Shown: piece after piece, positions 54,184 to 64,000 of the stretch | How the letters are laid out: the number at the start of each line of letters is the position of its first letter | How positions within the stretch are numbered: position 1 is the stretch's first letter | NCBI GenBank assembly: GCA_000697335.1 | Contig: JNEM01011211.1 | Coordinates: forward strand, 1-64,000 | Source of the DNA: Conidiobolus incongruus B7586 | Lineage: Eukaryota | Direction of reading: 5' to 3' | DNA length: 64,000 nt | Translations under genes and position numbers: made by a program | The notes under the pieces: generated by a model | The model's database searches: none | What the model saw: only the letters and a program-made list of their open reading frames with translations | What the model was told of the DNA's origin: nothing

Positions 54184-55411
54184 ATGATTTGGAATAATTT
54201 GGTCAGAAATGTTAAATTAAATAGATTTCAATTGCAGAGATTTATGTCAACGGAAGCTTTTAAATTACCCAGCTTAGGTGTTAATCCAGCTTACGATCAA
54301 GCTATCGAATATTTAAACCAATACTCTAAGACTAAATTGGATCAAGCTAGAAAAATTGAAGAACAACTCAAAGATACTAAATTAGGTATATACTATATTT
54401 TTATATTTTTATCTTTAATTTATTTATTTATTTATTTTTACAGATCAATCTGTTGTAGCTGATTTAAAAGAACAGCATCAATCATTATTAACTGAAGCTT
54501 ACATTCACTTACCAGAAACTCAACACAAATTCTCTACTGGCAATTATAATGTCGAAGAACCCGTTTTTAAGCATCTTAAACTTCAACAATGGAATGAAGA
54601 AATCAGTCCCATCATCAAACAAAGAGTTGAACAAATGTTCGTTATTCCAGACGTTGTTCACCCCCACTCCGATTATTTAAATGCTCATATCAAATTAGGC
54701 TATAAAGATGGCGAATTTGTTGAATGTGGTAAATATATCGACCCTGAGCAGGTTTGAAAATGCTAACAATTGATTAATATTTAATAATTAATATATTTGA
54801 AATATAGTCTATTGAACCCCCCAAGCTTGAAATCCACACCTTCCACAACGAAGTTAAGCATTACACCCTTGTTATGGTTGACCCCGATTATCCTAATGAA
54901 GAAACACAATCTTACTTCCAAAAGCCTCACTGGATTATTAAGAACATTCCCTTGAGCTTGACTAACACTGAAGTCAAAGGTGATACCGTTTTAGAATACA
55001 TCCCCCCTCACCCTGCTCAAGGTACCGAAGCCCACAGATACACTCTGTTGTTATTAGAACAACCTTCCTCCGATATTTCTCTTAGTGAATTTAACTCGTA
55101 ATTTATTATATTTCTTTATCAATCCTATATATACTCATCAAAATTTTTAGAGGTGCTTCCACCTTATTCGAATTCATTGAAAAGAATCAATTAACGATCC
55201 GAGGCACTTACTTCTTCCGTTCCAAGTGGTCACCAGCTGTCTCTTCCATATATAAGGATATTTTGAGTAATTATTGAATTATTATCAATTGCATAACATT
55301 TTACTAATATATTATTTAGAACTTGATGAACCCTTATTCGGTCCCAAACCCGCCATCAACCCTCTTATCGGTAAGGACGGTAAATTGAGAGGCCGTTACC
55401 ACAATATTTAA
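54184..55411 (+). CDS. MRPL35: Mitochondrial large ribosomal subunit protein mL38 (PEBP-like), 5 exons
   Basis: Presequence-like N-terminus, GVNPAYDQAIEYL, QRVEQMFVIPDV, YTLVMVDPDYP, YIPPHPAQGT..HRY. Confidence 0.88.
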
Positions 55412-55934
55412 GCAATTAATTTAAATTTTACAATATATTTGTTTTAAATGATTTAAATAAACAATATAGATCAAATATTTATTCATTTTATATAATTATA
55501 TTTTTAATTGTTTGAATGGTTCATCATACCAATTGTAAAATAATAAATATAACTATTTCTTGGATTAAACAAGGTAAGGGGATTTGTGAAAAGATCATTT
55601 AACATAGGATACCATATATATTTATAATAGATCATCTTATCACCTAATTGATTGATTTATACTCCATTCTTTTCACAGATACCAATTTACATGAATATGA
55701 ATTCATTAATCACATGCCCACGTTCACATTCAATATATTCACCCATATGATAACCCATTCAAACTCATTGGAATTATAAACTATTAATTTTAACCAAAAT
55801 TTTTTTTAATTCAATAATAAATTAATCCCATAAATTAAAGTTTGGCATCAATTGATATATATTTTTTAAAATCAAGTCCTATAATAGTTTCTTAACAAAA
55901 TAGAATATTCACTAAAAAATAAACACCTATAATA

Positions 55935-56816
55935 ATGACCAATATTATTATAGCATGTACAGGATCCGTTGCAACTATAAAATTAAAGGAATTAATTCAA
56001 AATATTTTGAATTTATCAGGTAAAATAATTTTATAATTAATAATAAAATATATTAATTTTAAAATATAGATAATTTAAATATTGTAATAGTATGTACTGA
56101 AAATAGCAAACATTTTTTTAAAGAAGAAATGAATATTCAAGATAAAGTATATAAATTAAATGGATTTAGTATTAATGTCAATTTGTGGTTTTTAAATAAA
56201 CCAGTATTCGATGATTTGATAGAATGGAAAGTAATATTAACATTGTATTATTATTTTTCATGTTTTTAATATGGATTTTTTAGAGTTGGAATTCTAGGAA
56301 TGATCCTGTTATTCATATTGAAGTAAATCATTTATATATTAATATTTTTATATTGATTTTAATCAAAACTTCAGTTGAGAAAATGGGCAGATATCATGGT
56401 AATTGCACCTCTTGGTGCCAATACTTTGGCTAAAATGGCGAATGGCCTATGTGACAACTTATTGGTAATATACTTTGGATCTATGATTTTTGAAATTGAG
56501 TTTAATAGTTTGATTTAGACTAGCTTAATTCGAGCTTGGGATATTAATAAACCCATATTTGTAGCACCAGCTATGAACACCTTTATGTACGAACATCCTA
56601 TGACGAAAAAACATTTAAACATATTGGAAAATGAATTAAAATTTCGTATTATTCCTCCAAAAATTAAACTATTGGCATGTGGTGATCATGGTAATATTTC
56701 ATTATAGATTTTTCATTTTTTTTATATATTGATTGGTATTTATAGGCATTGGAGCTATGGAAGAACCTAGTATTATTTGTGAAAAAATTTTAAGTTTTTT
56801 AAAATCTAATAATTAA
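55935..56816 (+). CDS. PPCDC: Phosphopantothenoylcysteine decarboxylase (HFCD flavoprotein), ~6 exons
   Basis: CTGSVATIK, DPVIHIE|LRKWAD, APLGANTLAKMANGLCDNLL, PAMNTFMYEHP, LACGDHGIGAM. Confidence 0.9.
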
Positions 56817-58502
56817 TAAATATATCAAATTGTTATTATCAAAATTTATTAAAATCATAAACCTACCTTGCAAAATCCATTTATTTTGATAAATTTTTCA
56901 ATGTTCAATAAATGTGAATTATTAATGATTACTAATTGATCCAAATTGAAACAAAATTCATATTCCATTATCATTTTTAGACAGAAGCTTTTTAACAGTG
57001 TTGTTATATATGATTAATATATTATAGAGAAATTTCAAATAAAATATATTTATTAGAATTATATCATTATATTAAACAACTATATAATTTTAAATATTTA
57101 GGGGAGATATTATACATTAGTACCATAATAATAGATTAAACATAATATCAAATATGGTAAAATGTTATATAGTTACTAATATCAAAATTACTGATCAATA
57201 TGCTATACCAATATTTTGATGAGTACTATTGACCTAATACTAAATTTTTCATAATTTCAAAATATTTTTTTTGTCAGAATGATCATAATGAAAATTAATT
57301 TTTTCGCATGAATTTTTGAATTGAAAAAATTTAATTTTTAATATTAAATTTAACTTAGGATATTGAATTAAATAAAGTTTATTATTTTTGAAATTCAAAA
57401 TGTTTTAAAATATATGCGTCTTCCTAACTTTTAGTATTGTTTAATTTTCTAAAATATACCATATATATAATTAGAGCTACATATTAACTATACTTTTAGT
57501 AATATTTTTCATTAGAAAATAAAATTAATTAATAATGATAGTTCTTAAAATCTAATTTCCGAAGTTAATTTGAGGTAAACAGAATAATATAAATTAATCC
57601 AATTAAGTTCTACTTTACTATCTTTAAATGTAAATTATCCAGGTTTTTAAAGGCGCTGGTTCTATATATTTTTATGCAACCAATTGTATGAAGCTAAAAA
57701 GTCTTGATTTAGTTATATTAAAAAAATGTCAATAAAAAATAACCTAATATCTAGATTATATTAAATAAAATTATGTTATATTAAAAATCAGATTAGATTT
57801 CATTAACTAAATGAAAATAAAATGAAGTGATTATTTCGTTAATAATTTGAATATTGTACCGTATTTCATAAAAGAAATGATCAAGTGATCTCACTGTCAT
57901 TCCAATTACTATTTCTTTTCACTTATTGGATGATGAAATAGTAATATTATCATGTGAAATTTATAAGATACAATAAGATTTCTTTGTAAGTATTATATCA
58001 TTTCAAAGTAGAATTTCGTTGTACCTTGACAAAAAAGATATTCCTCTAAATATTTAGAATAGTTTTAATAAATAAACTATCCATTCATTAACGTATAGTG
58101 TGATAATAAAATGCTTAGTTTTGAGGGTGATAATTACACACTTCCTGTTATCAAATGTTGTGTGTGTTAGATAATGGCATTGGAAGGGTGGAAATGAGCT
58201 TTCATTAATATTAAACCAAAGCAGTTGGGTGCAAAATCAAAGTATAATTTTTTAGTACTAATATTTTTGGTTATAAAAGGATATTTAAATTTAATTTCTG
58301 AATCTGCCACTAATTTAAGGGGAGAGTGGGTGTACATTTCTCAAGTGGCTTGTTTCTTTCTCAATTAAATCAACAAGTATTCATATAATTTCAACTTTAA
58401 TATCAACTTTGGGCTTTTTCATATTTATATCTAAAACAGTCTCTCAATCCACTTCAATTTTATCTTCAATTTTAAACAATTAACTTCTTTTAAAAATATA
58501 AT

Positions 58503-59952
58503 ATGCCTTCTCCACCAAAACCCTGGGAAGTGTCCTCTGGTCAGACTTCTATCCCTTCGAACTCTTTCTCTACCACTTCTTCAACTGTTAATGATCCTTT
58601 GAACTCAATCTCTAACTCTGCCTCTTCCCTTTCCAATCCCTCTTTTAGTGCAAATAATCTTAACTTGGGAATGTCTACAAATAATAACCTTAATATGAGT
58701 TCTTCCTCCTTAAATTCCGGATTAAATACCTCGTCCATTCCCATTACTACAAACAGCTCTCTCAACTCTAGTTCAACCACTACTACAAACTCCTCCACTG
58801 GAGCTCCAACTCTACCCAGTAGGAGTTCGATGACTTCTTCAACTGGTTTAAACTCTTCTCTTGGAGGTAATTTCTTTTTCTTATTTATTTTTCCTTTTAA
58901 CTTATTTTTTGCTTTTAGGTTATAATTCAATGTCCTCTTTAGGTGGTATGAACTCATTTGGCTCTTATTCCTCTGGATTAGGAGGTTATGGATCTTCTTA
59001 TTCTTCTCTAGGAGGTTACGGCGGATTGGGTAGTTATTCAAGTTATGGCGGTTATGGAGGCTATGGAGGTTATGGTAGTTACGGCGGCTACGGCTCTATG
59101 GGATACAGTAGATATGGTCGTTACGGCGGTTACGGAATGGGAGGAATGGGTATGGGCATGAACCCTAACGAAATGTCTCTTGCTAGTCAGATGCAAATGA
59201 GCACTCAACCAACCTTCCAATTACTCGAAGGTATCGTAAATACTTTCGGTGGTTTTACTCAAATGTTAGAGAGTACATTCTTTGCTACACATTCCTCTTT
59301 TATGGCTATGGTTGGCGTAGCAGACCAATTCAGTCAAATGAAGAACTTTTTTGGCCAAATTTTCAGCTTCGTCGCTATATACCGCGGTATCAGAAATGCT
59401 ATTTACCGTGTACTGGGTAAGAAGCCTCCTTTGAACGCCTCTGAAATCAATGCTGCTGAATATCAACGCTACAGAACCAAGTCCAAGATTTCACTGAGAC
59501 CTATTTTAATGTTTCTCAGTATCATGGTCGGTATCCCTTATATTATCAACTTAATTATGCGTAAGATGGCCGAGCGTCACCAAAGACAACTCATGGCCCA
59601 AAATGGTATCATGGGACCCACCGTTGCTATGAACCAAGGTGCTACCCCCAATATTGAATTTGCTCAAGCTAACTACGATTATACCGGAACTAACCCAGGT
59701 GACCTGAGCTTCCGTAAGGGAGATCTTATCGCTGTTCTCTCCAAGACCGCTCCAGATGGATCTATTGCTCTTTGGTGGCAAGGAAGACTCCGAGATGGTA
59801 AGATCGGTAGCTTCCCATCTAACTTTGTCCAAATCTTGGAAAAGAAAATATCGGTAGCTCCCGACGGTCAAAACCTTCCTAATATTCCCAATCCTGTAGC
59901 TCCAGTCTCCCAACCTCAAACTGCTTCACCCATGCAAAATGCCACTGTCTAA
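58503..59952 (+). CDS. PEX13: Peroxin 13, 2 exons
   Basis: MPSPPKPWE start, YG-rich region, FGGFTQMLESTFFATHSSFMAMVGVADQF, TM segment, C-terminal SH3. Intron 58867-58918. Confidence 0.96.
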
Positions 59953-60437
59953 TTTAGCTCTGTAAATTAAATATCAAGCCTAACATTCCATCACATCCTA
60001 TCAACCCATGTGATTCTGAGTTTGCAATATTGAATTTGAATATTTAGATTATTTCTCATCCATCCATCATGATTATTATTCCTTCTTGTATTGATTCATT
60101 TTATCCAACAATATATGTAGGTCATTTACCATTATTTAGTATTTATCAAATACTGATAAACCAAGTTTATAATTGACTGTTTAATGAAGAAAATATTTAA
60201 ATAAAAATATGATAAAAAAGTATTTATATTCAATTTTATTTTAATATTATTTTGAGTTATTTTCTAATTATTTTATATTGTAAGCAGCCTTGATTATCTT
60301 TGAAATATAAATATATTTGAGTAGGAAAACCAAAATTGTCCCATGAATTTACAATCAGAGTTTAATTTTATAAATTCCATTACAATAACATTTGATAAAT
60401 GTAAAATTACTATAAAAATCATTAAAATTCATCAATC

Positions 60438-62036
60438 ATGACAGAAATAAACGAAACGAACAATAATCACACTTCTAAAAAGAATAAAATAGAAGTTAAA
60501 GAGGAGAATAAAATTGAAACTATCTCAACTGAAATGCAAGATATCGAATTAAAAATTACTAAACTCATACAAACGAGTAAATTAAATAAAGAAATTACAA
60601 GCTTAAACTTTGGTAACTTAAGTAATCAAAGTTTGCAAAATTTTATTTTTGTTGGAACTCGAGATGGTGAAATTATTAAATTGGACTCTAACGGTAGGGT
60701 AAGTGAAGATTTTTAATAATAATATCATTAATAATGACTCATTTTGATTAATATTCACAATAATTAATAGATTATGGAATTGAAAAAGATTCATGGATCG
60801 TCCAGTTCGGTCGTTATATTAAAGTTGATCCAATTGATTAATGGTAGTAATCAAGATAATTTACTGAGTGTTCAATCCAATGGCAAGCTGAGCTTACTTG
60901 TTCAGTTTCATCCCACCTTCCAATTGGACATTGCTAATTCCCCAACTTGTTTTGAAAAGGTTAATGATTCGAGTAACTGACTGAATATATGTAGCATAAA
61001 ATTTATTGAATTAATGATTGACTGAATTGTTAGGCAATGGTTACTATTTAGTTGTTGGAGATCATTTGGGAAAGTTAACAGGATTTAGCTTTAATGAAAA
61101 ATTATTTCAATTTATGTTAAAGCAACCTAATGTATCATTTTTCGATAATAACTCTAATCCAAGTATCACTATGGGTATTTTATTATATTTTTTCGATTGA
61201 TTGATATCTTAAATGCTAATTCTAATTTGTTTAGAAACGTCAGATAAACCAATTGATCAATTATTATACGTTACATTGCAAGATCTATCCAACAATTTGG
61301 GTCACTATTATTTAATTACCAATCATACCAATAGATGCTATTTATATTCTAAAAGTATTCACATTCATACTATATATTTTGAAAATACAATTACTAGAGT
61401 AAGTGATCGTAAAATTCTCAATATATGAATTTGATTTTAATTGACATTTTAGATGACAAAGGGACAGTTTACAGAATTGACTAAAACCAAATCCATAGAA
61501 GAGAATAATTCATTAATTCAAGATATTTTAATTAGTGACAATCGAGGTCAGATCTTTTTATTAAGCGATTTAAAAGTAATTTGATTTTAAGTTAAAAATT
61601 TTTAATTATATTGATCATATCTATATAGCCTACTCCATATTTGAATCACGGGTCTCCTATACAGTTTATGCTACCATATCGAATTAAAAATCAATCGAAA
61701 CAGTCTTCAGATTATTTAATCTTGACAGATTATTCAAAAACCATTTATATTTATCAAAATCAAAAGGTATTTATTGAAAAATATATTTATAATGCTATAT
61801 TAGTACTAATTCAGCATTCATAGTTGGTTACCAAGTTATCACTCAATAGTTGGATCAATCACATTATTACAATTCCAACTGAAGGTTTCTTTGATGAAGA
61901 ACCTATTACTTTTGATTATGAATTGAACTCTGAAAATTTAGAAAATGTTTATAGTCATCACGATAGTATTTTAGTCGCTACAAAGGATTCTGATTTGGTC
62001 ATCTTATCAGCTACTTTTAATGCTATGGAATTGTAA
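60438..62036 (+). CDS. Multi-exon protein of unknown function, probable beta-propeller
   Basis: Chain of short ORFs joined by GT-AG introns. Repeated strand motifs IFVGTRDGEI, LVVGDHLGKL, ILISDNRGQI, ILVATKDSDL. Confidence 0.7.
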
Positions 62037-62170
62037 ATTAATAGTTAATAATTATTAAAACCATAATAAAATATTTATTTATATGATTTTGAAATGAATT
62101 TATTAAATAAGATACAAAAGGATCTATAATACTATTTCCGAATTTTAAATAATATATATTTGGTCTATAA

Positions 62171-63850
62171 TTAATTTACAGCAATCTTTTCTTGCTTGGA
62201 TTTGTCAAGTGGTTTGGTTCTTGGCTTTCTAATACCTTTACCGTGATTAGGTGTCCAATTACCAAGTGAATCATTTTCATAAAAGTCCATTGGATAGACA
62301 TTTTGATATGGAATACTGTCTAAAACAACAGATGCTTCATAAGGATTAAGTAGAGGTTTGGTGAAAGCGTAACCCCAATCAATTGATAATCTGGGACAAG
62401 CGATTTGAATCCAGCAGTCGATATCCTTAAATTGGTCTAACTTTGAGGGGAAAATTTCTGATAATAATACAACAGTGCATGTTTTTCCTTTTTCTTCCAA
62501 TCTCTTTTGGAGATTCTTTAATACCACAGGACTGCCTTGACGACCTAAAGTCCCCAAAATTAAACCAAATTTCTGGCATTGGATACCTTGTTCAATAGCA
62601 TGCTTTCTAAGGGAATGCATTTCTTCGTGCTCATAATATTCCCTGGTGAATTTCTTGGAATAGGGATCGTAGCGATATGCAGGAAGATCTGGATTAGCAA
62701 TCATAATAGCTTCTAAATGAAATCTACCATCACCTAAGTAAATAATGATATCTTGATCCTTTAGTTTAGGAGCTGTACATCCCAAAATTTCACCTGGACT
62801 GAGTGGTTTAGATTGTGGTACAGTGACCTGATAATCATTTTGAAGAATTTGTCTGGAGGCCTATATCAATCACATTAGAAATTAATCAATAATTAAAATC
62901 GTGTGACTTACCTGAATGGCTGTACCAAATTGAATAGTCCCAACCAGAGCAATTTTGGTACCAGTATCAAAGTTGAATTTAACGGTATCGACGAAATGCG
63001 TTATATCAATGCCGATATCAACGAAAACATACATTGTTTTAATGGATGTAATATCGACAGGGACTATATCAATTATTAATTAATATCGTTCTTAGTAGTA
63101 TAAATATAAAAAATCATACCCAAACAGCTATGACCATAATGAACCAAAAAGTCACATTCCAAAGCCTTAGCAGTGAAATCATCCACACAGCAAGCACCAT
63201 AAGTCACATCTCCCATAATTAGAGTTTCAACTTTACAAAATCTATTATAATAAATTAATAATCAATTAAAATAAAAATAATACAATATAACTACCTCTCC
63301 AAAATATCGGAAATAGTACAAGCGAACATCAATAAACCTTCAGGGAATTGTAAAGCGACTAAAGCAGCAAATCAGAATTTTATATTAAATATGTAATAAT
63401 AAAAATGTTACCTTTAGTACTCTGGTTCTTTCTAATCTGCCAAATAGTTTTAAAAATTTCAAAATTATAATTACTAGGTAACTAGTTTACAAAATTAATA
63501 ATGTAATAAGTATTCAAATTGTATGGGATATTACTTGTTTAACAGCTTGTTGTAATTGAATATTGTTTAAAATATCATCAGGAATTTGATTTAATACTCT
63601 AGGTTTTCTAGTACTTGCAGTATCTCCCTTATCTGAAATTTAATATAATTAAATACATATTATAATTTGAATAATTTCAGTATAAGTTACATATTTCAAC
63701 ACTTGTCTCTTCAACATCTTGAATATTGGAATCATTATTAGTTTTGACAACTTTCTTTCTACCAACAATCCTTCTTCTAGGCTGAACTGCTTCCTTTTGA
63801 ATTAAATTAGAGCCTTGAATTTCTGTAGTTGTACTTGTTTTGTTTTCCAT
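62171..63850 (-). CDS. DPH1: Diphthamide biosynthesis protein 1, multi-exon
   Basis: [74 protein letters not shown]. Confidence 0.96.
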
Positions 63851-64000
63851 ATTCTTTTAATTAGCTGTTTATGTAATAATAAAAATATTAATTTTGAAAA
63901 TGCTTAATTTCTTGTTTATATTATAATATTGGATAAAAGTTTTATGGGATTTATATGTTTTGATGAATTTTATCACTTGATCACTCATAATATAAAATTG

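Overview
Very AT-rich eukaryotic (fungal) nuclear DNA with short (~50 nt) spliceosomal introns. The proteins and intron style suggest an early-diverging fungus such as a zoopagomycete (inference only). Intact housekeeping genes: TRAPPC2L-like, glucose-6-phosphate isomerase, intron-containing tRNA-Tyr, monoglyceride-lipase-like hydrolase, inositol polyphosphate multikinase, UBL-BAG co-chaperone, V-ATPase B, adenosine kinase, mitoribosomal mL38/MRPL35, PPCDC, PEX13 and DPH1. The most notable part is 23.9-42.1 kb. It holds an SF3B1/HSH155 gene with at least six clean internal deletions but no substitution-derived stops, a dead DNMT1-type cytosine methyltransferase and a dead gamma-glutamyltranspeptidase. 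It also holds two related, heavily C-to-T mutated mariner relics (not recognisable in the ORF track) in opposite orientation, bracketing the lipase and the DNMT1 pseudogene. Other items of interest: two intact stand-alone transposon-derived DNA-binding genes (Myb/SANT Harbinger-like; mariner HTH-only), a split-RGS-like protein with an internal PWE[KR]QI repeat, a catalytically degenerate SDR with a GC-AG intron, and an intronless secreted protein that may be of bacterial origin. All family assignments come from motif recognition by eye; no database searches were run.
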